IMG/VR virus record: IMGVR_UViG_3300028920_000001
Location: 362,961 to 426,960 of that record
Length of the DNA: 64,000 nucleotides
Strand: one strand, 5' to 3'
The translations under genes were made by a program, and so were the position numbers. Shown piece by piece: positions 1-9,670 of the stretch. The notes beneath the pieces were generated by a model, which worked only from the letters and a program-made list of their open reading frames with translations, was not told where the DNA came from and made no database searches. Each line of letters starts with the position of its first letter. Position 1 is the first letter of the stretch.

Positions 1-44
1 AGGGAAATATATACTGAAGATTAACATCGTCGCTCGAGCACAAT

Positions 45-50
45 AGGGAG
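45..50 (+). promoter_or_regulatory. Shine-Dalgarno site of tail sheath gene
   Basis: AGGGAG 5 nt upstream of ATG at 56. Confidence 0.6.
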
Positions 51-55
51 CTGAA

Positions 56-3000
56 ATGACAATTGGACCTTTCACGACGTATGCCCCTCCTGGCGTCTAC
101 ACTCAGACTATTGTTGAGCCAGTCGTTATTCAGCTCCTAGGAGGGCTGAGGGTTCCGGTATTGATCGGAACGGCCCAAGAGACACTCACTCAGACCGATT
201 TTGAAATGATTCGTGGGTCCAGCAGCGTGGCTGATACCCCGATCTTCAATGAGGATGTCTCTGGTCGGTGGATTGTTAGTGGGACTAATCAAAATCCTAT
301 TATCGGTAGTCAAGATGGGACCCTTTTTAAATTTAAAGTTCGTAATTATCCGATTGTTGATGGTGATGGTCTTGGTCGTACTACATTTGATGTAACCAAG
401 GTTTCGGTTACTGTTAATGGTGAAGCTACAGTTGTTTCCCAGGTTGATGGCACTAATGGTGTTATTACCTTATTAACTGCTCCTCAGTCTACCGATACTG
501 TTCTAATCAGTTATTTCTTCCATCGGAAAGATACCCGTATCACCGATGACGTTTCTGATCAGGTGACCGAGGACGCAGCGTCCTTGATTGCTCCCAAGGC
601 TGAAACCTACGAGATTACGACTGGTACTAATGATACATTAACTGTGTATATTAATGATGCAATTGCATCAAATTCGGTTACTTTGACCGCTGGAATTCGA
701 AGTGCCACAGACATTGCTAATGATATTAATGGAGCAGGCGTTACTGGGTTGACCGCTACTGTCCATGTTGATAACCAAGGTTTGAATCATCTGCGACTGA
801 ATGCCCAAGGCAACATTTTAATCGGTAGTGGTACTGCCAATGGTATCCTTGGGTTTAATCCCGGAGATTACACTAATCGTACTCGTGTATTCCGTACGTA
901 TCAAGGTCCGATTGTAGATGGTTCTGATGGTGGTATCACTACCACTGAACCTTCCAAGGTGACGGTCTTGGTCAATGGAGTCCAGGTAGTTGCATCCGAG
1001 GTGGATGGTACCAATCGCTTGGTTACTCTGCCAACTGCTCCGGTTCCTGGTGCTATTGTCACAATTGAATATTGGTTCAATACTTGGCAGGATACGTTTG
1101 ATTATCTGCCGAATTCAAATATTGTGACGATGGGCAATGTGGGTATCTCGCCTGGTCGGCGAGATTATCTGAATGGTCCGGACTTTGTAGTCGTTAATGA
1201 AAACGACCAGTCCAAGATTCTGTGGGGCACAGCTTGGCAGGTTGTTTCTGGTGAGGTCACCGGGTCTACGCCGCTTGATTCCACACAGGTTACCGCCATG
1301 TTGGTGGATGACCGAATGTACGCGGTTGAATTAGATCGGTATGTAGATACTACTACTAACACAGTATCTTCTACACAATTTGAGCTTCCACTGATCGCCA
1401 CTACCGGTAATGGACGAGATACGCCGCTTGGTACATCTGTTTACCAGACTGTGACCAATAGCCGGATTGATCTGCCAACAAATCGTCCTGATTTGGTGAT
1501 TGTTCATACTGGCAAGACTCCTAGGGATGCCCTTTCTCGGCCTCCGGTTACGGTTCTCGAGGTTAACATCAGCAATAATACCATAGTTCTTCAGGATACG
1601 GTGCCTGCGGACTATAATGCTTATGCCACTTTCTGGTATAACCGCACAGTTGATGATAATTACACTTTGACTTGTCAAACACCTGGTGCCAGTGGGATTG
1701 GCAAGTTTACGGTTACTTCCGAGCTAAATAACGATGTTAATCTTTACAGTGTCATCTTTGGTACTAAGAATGCATTGCCTCAGACAGTGCAATGGCCAAG
1801 TGGGGTGGAGAAGATAACTGATGCTATCCATTATGGTGGACAGCCTGTGCCCGAGACAGTTACTATCACTTTTGATAGTACGCTGCTTCCAAACACTCAT
1901 GCGTCGTTCTCGAATGCTCTGCCTGAGCCATACGACCTATATACTACTTATAGTGATCAATTTGGTGGGATTCGGATTGATGGAGCTTCTGCATTCTCTG
2001 TTGATTTGAATACGGCGTTCGCTGCTCAGTTGTTAGGTAGTCCGGTTTCCGGTACTCTGCCGGCAGCTATTACGACAACTGATGAGCTCGTGCTTGAGAT
2101 TGATGGAGTTATTCTAAATATCAATGAGACGACTGTTACGGCAGCTGCAGGCACTTGGTCTACCGTTACCACCCTTGCAGGTGTGGTTACTGCCATTAAT
2201 GCTGTAATTGATGCTGACGTTCAAGTTCATCCTGATGGATCTGGCACGTTTGCTTCAACAGCGGCTAATAGTCTGGCTTCCGTAGTTACTTATGGGACTC
2301 AGAGCATTCTGAAGATTGCCGGTAGAAATGTTCAAACTTCTACCAATGGTCTAGAATCTCAGGTTAAGGTTCTGACTCCAACTACTGTTGGTCAGGTTGA
2401 TATTTCGGCCACTCTTGGTTTCACTCCGAATCAAGAATCCCTTGGTAGCTGGGATGGTTTGAATCAGCCAGCAGAGATCATTAGTTCGGTTGATGCTCCG
2501 TACTTGATTACTGCTAGTGTGGATGATTCTTTCCTGTTCAATATTGATGGACAGGATTATCAAGCTACCATTCCGTCTGGTTCGGCGGTGACTCAGGGTC
2601 AGGTGGTTGATGCTATTAATGCTGGGTATCTAGACACTGCTCCTGCTGCTGATCAGGCTACTGCGTTGGCTCAGGCTATTGTAGTGGCGAACTCATTGGC
2701 TACTAATTACGGTGGCCATCAGGCTTTGGCTACTTGGCACGTATTAGCGGATGCTGCTAATAATGTGACAGCGCCTGTGGCCACTGATTTGTCATCATTG
2801 CTTACTTTGTTAGCAGATATTAAGGCCCAGTTCAATGCCCATATCATTAATACTGGTGGTGTTTATCATAATGGCTCGACTGATACCACCAATACGATAT
2901 CAGCAGCTGATCCGACTACTCTGGAAGAAGCTATCAATTTCATCTGGGTTTTGAAGAATAATTTCAATTCGCACTTGGCGACAGCCGGAACCATCCACCT

Positions 3001-4771
3001 TTTGGCTGATGCAACCAACGTTGAGACTAATAGTAACTCTCAGTTGGTAGCAATTGCTGGTGCAGGTTTGTACGCGAATAAGATTATTCTTAGATCGCGT
3101 GTCAATACCATTTCTTCGCGAGTGGCAATTAGTACGTTGGGGACTGCCAATACGAAGCTCGGGTTTACTGCTGGTGATTCGGCCTCTGTTAATCAACCAA
3201 CTGCTTCTCGTTTAGCAGCTGCTTTGAATGCTGATGCTACTTTTGCTGCAGCGGCAGTGGCATGGCCAGTAACGACCCAGGGTCGTGGCACATTCCTCCA
3301 GATTGATTCTCTTTCTGCCGGTATCGGCTCCAGTATCACTTTCACTAGTGTGACTGGCACGGTCTTTACCACAGATACGGGAATCGGTATTACTCCTGGT
3401 GTTAGTGGTGATATCGGTGAGGCAGCCACTGCTGGTTATACAGTTTCCTCTTCGAATCCAAATGGATCAAGCGGAACTGGTGTTCCGGGCCAGACTTATA
3501 CAGATGCTCAGACCGGGCTTCGGTTCACTGTTCTTCCGGCATCTGCTGGTGATTACGCTGATGGTGGTTCGTTCACTTTGATTGTGAATTCCACCTTCAC
3601 TGCTGATGCCTCAATTCCGTCTCGAGCTATTCCGGGCTTGGAATTCTACGTTTTCAACACCCTGAATGTGGGCGTTGATTCGACAGCTATTCTGAGCACA
3701 TTTAATAAGGGTGGTTCGGAACCAGCAGTGGGTGACGTTTACTACGTCAGCTACAACTACGCTAAGTCGGATATTTCCACTGCCCTATTCCGGGATCTGA
3801 AGAAGATTCAGCAGAATTTTGGAGCTCCTACTCCCGAAAATCCGCTCAGTCTTGGAGCTCGGTTGGCTCTGTTAAATGGTTCGGTTCTGCTTGGCCTGCG
3901 TCAGGTGCTTCGAGCCCCGAATTCAGCTCAAGCTTCTCTGCAATCATACGCAGATGCTATCAATGAGCAGAAGAAACCAATTGAGGGCAGCGTGAAGCCG
4001 GATGTATTGGTTGCTCTAGCAACTGATCCAGAAATCTTCAGTTTGCTGAATCAGCATGCTGTGTTCATGTCCGCTCCGCGCCAGGAAGGTGAGCGAATTA
4101 GCATCGGTGGTGTTGCAGCTGGTACCACCCCGTTGGGTGTGCGTGCTATTGCTCAAGGTCTGCAATCTGAGTTGTTCATTCTGACTTATCCTGATACTTT
4201 CGTAATTTCGGTTACGGATCAGCAGGGTAATACGGTTGAACAGCTGATTGATGGCTCGTATGCTGCAGCGGCTTTAGCGGGTAGTGCAACCAATCCGGCT
4301 GTAGATGCCGCTACCCCATGGACTCGTCGTCAAGTTCTCGGGTTCAAGAGGTTGGGCCGCATTCTGGATCCGACTGAAGCTAATCAGGTGGCGGTCAGTG
4401 GTGTCAGCATTATTGAGCGAGTCGACACCGGGATGCGAATTCGCCACGGGTTGACGACTCGAATTGATAACGTCATTACGCGTACACCGAGCGTGACGTT
4501 GACGATTCATTACATCCAGCAGTCTACTCGCCGAACTTTGGATCCATACATTGGGCAGAAGTTCACGAGCACTCTGATTAAGTCGGTTGAGTCCAAACTG
4601 AACGGTATGTTCAGCGGACTTATCGATAAGGAAATTGTAACTGAGGTTGGTGGAATTGCGGTGACGATTGATGAAGATGATCCTACTATCATGAGGACGT
4701 CTGCCATCTACGTCCCAGTGTTCCCGCTTGAGTATATCGTTAGTACCTTCCAGGTACGAATTCGGCTCTAA
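56..4771 (+). CDS. Contractile tail sheath protein, unusually large (1571 aa) with multiple insertion domains
   Basis: N-terminal APPGVY motif typical of sheaths; C-terminal sheath-like domain (…RIRHGLTT…KFTSTLIKSVESKLNGMFSGL…YVPVFPLEYIVSTFQV); lies upstream of tube, tape measure and baseplate genes. Confidence 0.9.
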   Translation: MTIGPFTTYAPPGVYTQTIVEPVVIQLLGGLRVPVLIGTAQETLTQTDFEMIRGSSSVADTPIFNEDVSGRWIVSGTNQNPIIGSQDGTLFKFKVRNYPIVDGDGLGRTTFDVTKVSVTVNGEATVVSQVDGTNGVITLLTAPQSTDTVLISYFFHRKDTRITDDVSDQVTEDAASLIAPKAETYEITTGTNDTLTVYINDAIASNSVTLTAGIRSATDIANDINGAGVTGLTATVHVDNQGLNHLRLNAQGNILIGSGTANGILGFNPGDYTNRTRVFRTYQGPIVDGSDGGITTTEPSKVTVLVNGVQVVASEVDGTNRLVTLPTAPVPGAIVTIEYWFNTWQDTFDYLPNSNIVTMGNVGISPGRRDYLNGPDFVVVNENDQSKILWGTAWQVVSGEVTGSTPLDSTQVTAMLVDDRMYAVELDRYVDTTTNTVSSTQFELPLIATTGNGRDTPLGTSVYQTVTNSRIDLPTNRPDLVIVHTGKTPRDALSRPPVTVLEVNISNNTIVLQDTVPADYNAYATFWYNRTVDDNYTLTCQTPGASGIGKFTVTSELNNDVNLYSVIFGTKNALPQTVQWPSGVEKITDAIHYGGQPVPETVTITFDSTLLPNTHASFSNALPEPYDLYTTYSDQFGGIRIDGASAFSVDLNTAFAAQLLGSPVSGTLPAAITTTDELVLEIDGVILNINETTVTAAAGTWSTVTTLAGVVTAINAVIDADVQVHPDGSGTFASTAANSLASVVTYGTQSILKIAGRNVQTSTNGLESQVKVLTPTTVGQVDISATLGFTPNQESLGSWDGLNQPAEIISSVDAPYLITASVDDSFLFNIDGQDYQATIPSGSAVTQGQVVDAINAGYLDTAPAADQATALAQAIVVANSLATNYGGHQALATWHVLADAANNVTAPVATDLSSLLTLLADIKAQFNAHIINTGGVYHNGSTDTTNTISAADPTTLEEAINFIWVLKNNFNSHLATAGTIHLLADATNVETNSNSQLVAIAGAGLYANKIILRSRVNTISSRVAISTLGTANTKLGFTAGDSASVNQPTASRLAAALNADATFAAAAVAWPVTTQGRGTFLQIDSLSAGIGSSITFTSVTGTVFTTDTGIGITPGVSGDIGEAATAGYTVSSSNPNGSSGTGVPGQTYTDAQTGLRFTVLPASAGDYADGGSFTLIVNSTFTADASIPSRAIPGLEFYVFNTLNVGVDSTAILSTFNKGGSEPAVGDVYYVSYNYAKSDISTALFRDLKKIQQNFGAPTPENPLSLGARLALLNGSVLLGLRQVLRAPNSAQASLQSYADAINEQKKPIEGSVKPDVLVALATDPEIFSLLNQHAVFMSAPRQEGERISIGGVAAGTTPLGVRAIAQGLQSELFILTYPDTFVISVTDQQGNTVEQLIDGSYAAAALAGSATNPAVDAATPWTRRQVLGFKRLGRILDPTEANQVAVSGVSIIERVDTGMRIRHGLTTRIDNVITRTPSVTLTIHYIQQSTRRTLDPYIGQKFTSTLIKSVESKLNGMFSGLIDKEIVTEVGGIAVTIDEDDPTIMRTSAIYVPVFPLEYIVSTFQVRIRL

Positions 4772-4793
4772 TCTCCTCTTGCGAGGTATGTTG

Positions 4794-4833
4794 GCTGTTG
4801 CCTGAGGTCGCGGGCAGGGACCTCAGGCGCAGC
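4794..4833. terminator. GC-rich hairpin between convergent genes; probable terminator or transcript stabiliser
   Basis: Perfect 9-bp stem CCTGAGGTC (4801-4809) / GACCTCAGG (4819-4827), extendable via GCTG/CAGC, between the sheath stop (4771) and the minus-strand stop (4835). No strong U-tract. Confidence 0.65.
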
Positions 4834-4834
4834 T

Positions 4835-5362
4835 CTATTTCCCGCTATTATTCTTGGTAGGCGGAAGCAGGGGCATCGAGTCGATAGCGGCAGTCAAAGC
4901 CTTCATTGATTTACGACTCTTGTTGACCTCCCGCTTGACGTCAGCGCTGAGTTTGTTGACATCTACATTCTTATCTGTGGATTCTAAACTCGCGGCACTG
5001 GACTTAACCCGACGACGCTTTCGACGGTGAACAGTACGAGCCAAATCTTCATCATCAACTGTTGCTCGTACTCCCTCAACTTTATCAAACCAGATTTCCC
5101 GGTGATATTTTCGGCTCAGGATTCGGTTGGCACTGGCTAGAACACTGGAGAGGCGATTTTTGACTTGGTCGCTATCTTCCCCAGGAATTCGGCTCAAGCC
5201 GAAGGCGACCTTAGCGATATATCGTTTATCAAAAAAGGCGAGTGGGAGTTCATCGGCTCCGGTGTTTAAGAACTCGGCAGCTCGTTCGCCATAAGTTCCG
5301 GTGTTGTCAGTTTTATAAGATTTTAGAAATTCAGCAGGTGATCTTACAGTGCGTTTTGACAT
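4835..5362 (-). CDS. Basic 175-aa protein, putative winged-helix + coiled coil (cassette gene C2)
   Basis: Paralog of 7164-7688: shared RAxxFL, RATVxDEDxAR and terminal LLPP motifs. Confidence 0.8.
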   Translation of the reverse strand: MSKRTVRSPAEFLKSYKTDNTGTYGERAAEFLNTGADELPLAFFDKRYIAKVAFGLSRIPGEDSDQVKNRLSSVLASANRILSRKYHREIWFDKVEGVRATVDDEDLARTVHRRKRRRVKSSAASLESTDKNVDVNKLSADVKREVNKSRKSMKALTAAIDSMPLLPPTKNNSGK

Positions 5363-6286
5363 TTATTTCTCCATCTGTTCGTTCCAGAGTTCTACGACCT
5401 CCCACGCTTCATTTACAGCGTGATATTGTTTAACCAGCTTGTCACTTCCATTGTTCCGATCCGGATGATACCTTGCGGCCAATCTTTTGTAAACCGATCT
5501 GGCTCTTTTAATATCGACTTTATGTCTACCTCTAGGTCTAGAGATACCGAGGGTTTCGCAGGCGTTACGGATGGCAGTAACAGTAATAGTGTCGGTGTCA
5601 GAAGGAGTGAAATCCCGCCTAAGATTTCTAATTTTCTTGAGAAGATCTTCATAGGTGACGCGGACTTCGTACTCGAAATCTTCAACTAGCCCTCTTCTTA
5701 CATCAGGTTCAATACCTTCTAATCTTACATTGACGAATGTATCTGTTAACGCCTTGATACTGGCGTAAAACATTCGGGCGTTGTCGGCTCTAAGATCTTC
5801 AGGATTGATTTCTGGAATTGAAGGTTTTGTTTTTTTAGATTTAGGTTTTTTGGGTGGTCGTCTTCGATGAATATACCCGTCTTTATTAGGATAATCTATG
5901 TATTTATCTGAAAAATATTCCTCAAGGAATTCTTTTAATTTGGTAGGATCTCCTTTGGCTTTTTTTCCAAGAACATAAGCTGTAGCCAGGGGCATTTTTC
6001 TAACCGCGATGGCATCCCATAGTGGTTTGGCTAGATCCCCCATTAATAAAATTCCGGCTCTCTTGGCAGGGCCATATGTATTTTTTGCTCCAATTTCTAC
6101 AAACCATTGACTTCTTCTTAGAGGAGTTTTATCTCCTTTGTCACGTCGGTTAATGCTATAGAAGGACCAAACTTTTCTTTCAAGTTTAGCTATTTTATAT
6201 TGATTGGTTGGGATGTCTTTTTCATACTCTTCAAGTAATTCAAGGATTAGCTCTTCTACATGCTTATCAAGGTTCTGCAGATTCAT
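5363..6286 (-). CDS. J-domain (DnaJ-like) protein with HTH-like N-terminus (cassette gene B2)
   Basis: C-terminal ACETLGI…ARSVYKRLAARYHPDRNNGS…YHAVNEAWEVV with intact HPD motif; paralog of 7685-8548. Confidence 0.85.
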   Translation of the reverse strand: MNLQNLDKHVEELILELLEEYEKDIPTNQYKIAKLERKVWSFYSINRRDKGDKTPLRRSQWFVEIGAKNTYGPAKRAGILLMGDLAKPLWDAIAVRKMPLATAYVLGKKAKGDPTKLKEFLEEYFSDKYIDYPNKDGYIHRRRPPKKPKSKKTKPSIPEINPEDLRADNARMFYASIKALTDTFVNVRLEGIEPDVRRGLVEDFEYEVRVTYEDLLKKIRNLRRDFTPSDTDTITVTAIRNACETLGISRPRGRHKVDIKRARSVYKRLAARYHPDRNNGSDKLVKQYHAVNEAWEVVELWNEQMEK

Positions 6287-7157
6287 GTTGCTTTAGGTGC
6301 TTCACAACGGTTTCGATCTCTTTGAATAAAGAGTCCTCTTTTTTCATTTGAGAGGACATTTGATTAATAAGATTCTTACCTCGAGAGTTAAATTCCATTA
6401 CTTTTGCTAATAATTCTATAACTTGAAGTTGGGTCTTGTTGTCTACTTTCTTGTTGATTCCGGTGCAGAGTCGCATCAACCCTGCAGTTCGATCTGCACT
6501 TGCAGACGAAAGTTCTTGAATTGCGATCAATTTAGTATCATATTCTCCGAGGAATTCAAGCTCAGTTTCAATCCCTTGGTTAATTTTGGTGGCAGTGCCG
6601 GCAATTTCTTTTAATTGTGATGTTGTGCCGTTTTGAAAGCTTTCTACTTTTTCTTCGAGTTCTTCAACTTTCTTATAAAGGTTGGTGGAGATTTGAATTA
6701 AGGCAGCTACTCCTCTTATTAATTGATCTGCAGTGTTTTCTTCTTGTTCTTGGGTAACATCAGAACCTACGTTATGAGCTATGACTGGTTCTTCTTCAGG
6801 TTTTTCCTTCAGGGGATATTCATTTGGCCAAATTATGTGTTTGATATAAACAGTATCATTTGCTGCTTTAGTAAGCAATCCAATAGCTTTGTCCTTGTTT
6901 CCAATTTCGTAAGTTGTATTTCTAAGTGAACCACTTCTAATTGCCAATTCTTCTTCAATCAGGCGACTCATTAATTTGCGCTGCCAGTCTTTTGACATGG
7001 CCATCTTGCGCATTTGTGGAACTTCTAAATCTCCGTCACCTCTTGGAGAGAATAATTCTTTCATTGAAAGCGGGTCCTTTGAACTAATCAGTCTTTCTAA
7101 GACTACTCCAGCCCAAAGGACCTTCGCTTCATTCTTATTTAAGTTACGTGAAACCAC
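6267..7157 (-). CDS. Putative winged-helix + coiled-coil protein (cassette gene A2)
   Basis: GTG start; DPLSMKELF…SKDWQ…TYEIGNK matches the N-terminus of 8545-9660; heptad-like C-terminal half. Confidence 0.75.
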   Translation of the reverse strand: MVSRNLNKNEAKVLWAGVVLERLISSKDPLSMKELFSPRGDGDLEVPQMRKMAMSKDWQRKLMSRLIEEELAIRSGSLRNTTYEIGNKDKAIGLLTKAANDTVYIKHIIWPNEYPLKEKPEEEPVIAHNVGSDVTQEQEENTADQLIRGVAALIQISTNLYKKVEELEEKVESFQNGTTSQLKEIAGTATKINQGIETELEFLGEYDTKLIAIQELSSASADRTAGLMRLCTGINKKVDNKTQLQVIELLAKVMEFNSRGKNLINQMSSQMKKEDSLFKEIETVVKHLKQHESAEP

Positions 7158-7163
7158 GTTCTA

Positions 7164-7688
7164 TTATTCTTTTTCTTCCTGGACTGGAGGCAACAGTTTC
7201 TGAATTCGATCATCAGAAATCAGGTTACTGATTTTCTTGACATTACGGACGAAGCTACGAAGTTTACGACCTTCAGGATTTGAGGTTGAAATCTTACGGG
7301 CATCGATCATGCCGAGGCTATTATCAACACTAACCTTGGCTGAGGCTAATCGCTTAGTACGGTCAGCTAAATCAAATCGAGCTTTATCTTCATCATTGAC
7401 AGTGGCACGGTAGCCAACTCCGCGTTGGCAGATATACCCACGTTGATATTCTTTGCGTAGAAGATCACGGGCTCGAGTCATACATGCCCGTACGCTATCT
7501 GCTTCCTTGGAAGTAGCACGTGGTGTATGATTATAACCATTAATGGCTTTTACGATTTCCTGTGCCGGGAAATACTGATACCGCAAATTCTTAGCGGCCC
7601 AGTCGAGGAAATGAGCAACACGTTGAGTTAGGCTCATCCCAGGAAGTGACTGGTAATCCGCTACTGCCGCCTTTCGTTTCTTGGTCAT
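7164..7688 (-). CDS. Basic 174-aa protein, putative winged-helix + coiled coil (cassette gene C1)
   Basis: VRACMTRARDLLR…ICQRGVGYR resembles the OmpR-type wing motif; paralog of 4835-5362; 4-nt overlap with the upstream gene. Confidence 0.8.
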   Translation of the reverse strand: MTKKRKAAVADYQSLPGMSLTQRVAHFLDWAAKNLRYQYFPAQEIVKAINGYNHTPRATSKEADSVRACMTRARDLLRKEYQRGYICQRGVGYRATVNDEDKARFDLADRTKRLASAKVSVDNSLGMIDARKISTSNPEGRKLRSFVRNVKKISNLISDDRIQKLLPPVQEEKE

Positions 7689-8548
7689 AGCTTCTCCTTA
7701 TTCAAGGAATCATTGTATTCCTTGAGAATTTCGTGTGCTCCTACTGCTTCTTCAAACAAATCCCTAGTCTCTTCATTGCCACCGTGAGCATCAGGATGAT
7801 ACAACCTGGTGAGTCTTTTCATTTGTTTAGTAGCTTGTTTTAGATCTATTGGTTGATTAATTGGAGGCGAATCAATTTGTAGGATTTTACAAGCGCGAAT
7901 CAATTTTTTTCGATCTATTGTAGTTCCGAATTTAATTTTGCTTTTTGCGGCTCGGGCAGCTCTGGATTGCCAACCCATGATTAATGTTTTCAAATCAATT
8001 TCAAATTCTCTTAGAAGATTATCTTTTTCAATTTCAAGTAAATCTCCGAGTTTTCCTTCAAGATGATCAGTGATCATCATTCTGATTTGTGCCCAGAATG
8101 GTTTATCTCCGTTTTCTCGAACAATTAAACCAATCCCAGTTTCAGTTTTTCTTTTAATGATTGGAAATTTTTTCTTAATTTGTTTTCCACTGGGGAGTCG
8201 TGCTTCATAGGATTTATTTTCATATTTATTGAATTCAATATTTAGTGCTTTTTCAATTGGTTCTCCTCGTCTTTTAGCTGTAGTGATTATTCGATAAATA
8301 GTATGAAAAGGCATTCCATTTTCAAGTCTTTCCCAAAGAGGACTTGATAATCTAGGTGGTAACTTATAAATTGACCGTCGAGTTCGATATTGAATATCAG
8401 TGATTCCGAGAGTATGAACGACAGTTTTGGCTGCTCTTTTACTGTTTTGGATACCTTTATAATGTTTCCAAAGGGTATACTCGAATTCAGCTTTCTCCTC
8501 TTGGGTGGAAAGTTTCTGATATTCTTCCACTAATTGACTCGTGTTCAT
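7685..8548 (-). CDS. J-domain (DnaJ-like) protein with HTH-like N-terminus (cassette gene B1)
   Basis: C-terminal ACKILQI…ATKQMKRLTRLYHPDAHGGNEETRDLFEEAVGAHEIL with intact HPD motif. Confidence 0.85.
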   Translation of the reverse strand: MNTSQLVEEYQKLSTQEEKAEFEYTLWKHYKGIQNSKRAAKTVVHTLGITDIQYRTRRSIYKLPPRLSSPLWERLENGMPFHTIYRIITTAKRRGEPIEKALNIEFNKYENKSYEARLPSGKQIKKKFPIIKRKTETGIGLIVRENGDKPFWAQIRMMITDHLEGKLGDLLEIEKDNLLREFEIDLKTLIMGWQSRAARAAKSKIKFGTTIDRKKLIRACKILQIDSPPINQPIDLKQATKQMKRLTRLYHPDAHGGNEETRDLFEEAVGAHEILKEYNDSLNKEKL

Positions 8549-9660
8549 TTCTTGAAAATGCGGGTTTGGACTTTACGGTTAAGTTCAGAATCAAAAATAA
8601 CTGCTTTAGTACGTTTAAATCCGAATTCTCTTAAAATATTAGCGATTTCTTTAGCTTCTTGTCCTTTTGGATTTATTTGAAGTTCCAGATAATTGCAAAT
8701 ATCTTTTATACTTACAGCAGATAAATTTTGAACAAAATCAGCAATATTTTTCCTCAATTCAATTTGTTTCAAATTTGGTTGGGGATAAACTGTATGAACA
8801 TGAGTGTCATGTTTTTGACTAATTTTTCTGAGTTCAGTTTCAATTGCTTCTAATCTGGTTGAATGATACTCAAGAATTTGTAAATATTGAACTAGCTTTT
8901 CAAGAATTACTAATCCAACATTAGTTTGATCAGATTCTTTTAATTTTGGTTCTTGCTTTGATTCAAGAGCTACGGAATGTTTAAGTTGCTTGACATTTCT
9001 TTTTAGAAATCCAGGTGCAGTTACTCTTTGTGTGTATCGATACCATTTAGGGAAAAGTAATTCAACAATTTTTTCGTTATCTGGTTGAATGACGGCTTTA
9101 CCAACTCGAGCTTTATACTCAACCCATCTGGTCCAGCCTTTAACTGAACAAAATCCAGTAGCGACAAGCCGTTTCATAAAAGCTGATTGCCAACTTGCTG
9201 TTTCTTGAAATAAATCATCCCTTCTAATTGGTTTTCCTTTAGCAAGTTTTCTTACTACTTTTGTTGCGTCAATAAACTGAGTATGTTGCTCATCAGTTAG
9301 GCGTTGGAAAATACTGAGTGCATAAATATTTTCAAAATTGCTATCTGCAATGGCGGTTCCGCAAATAGCAACCTCTTGTGTAAGAGGATAATGGGATATA
9401 ATTTGACGAATAGCTTGTTTTTCTTTAATTACATATGTATCGGCATTACGTTCAATAAGCCCCTTTCCGGCTAAATGATACATACAGCCCTTTTGCCAAT
9501 CTTTAGAGGCTGTCTTTTTTCTATTACCGATTCCTATAAAGATATCCTCGATGGTAACTGGTGCGTCAGTTTTAAGCATTTCTTTTAAGGCATTACGGAT
9601 AATCTTCTCAAGGGCAGAGAGGGTTTTTTGATCCATAACTGAACTTACAAGTTGATTCAA
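8545..9660 (-). CDS. Multi-winged-helix/coiled-coil protein (cassette gene A1); start may be ATG at 9636
   Basis: Two internal repeats (APVTIEDIF…ASKDWQ; KPIRRDDLF…ASWQ), a coiled-coil-like segment and a C-terminal wHTH-like segment (SIKDICNYL…EIANILREFGFKR). Confidence 0.75.
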   Translation of the reverse strand: MNQLVSSVMDQKTLSALEKIIRNALKEMLKTDAPVTIEDIFIGIGNRKKTASKDWQKGCMYHLAGKGLIERNADTYVIKEKQAIRQIISHYPLTQEVAICGTAIADSNFENIYALSIFQRLTDEQHTQFIDATKVVRKLAKGKPIRRDDLFQETASWQSAFMKRLVATGFCSVKGWTRWVEYKARVGKAVIQPDNEKIVELLFPKWYRYTQRVTAPGFLKRNVKQLKHSVALESKQEPKLKESDQTNVGLVILEKLVQYLQILEYHSTRLEAIETELRKISQKHDTHVHTVYPQPNLKQIELRKNIADFVQNLSAVSIKDICNYLELQINPKGQEAKEIANILREFGFKRTKAVIFDSELNRKVQTRIFKK

Positions 9661-9670
9661 TCAATTTACG

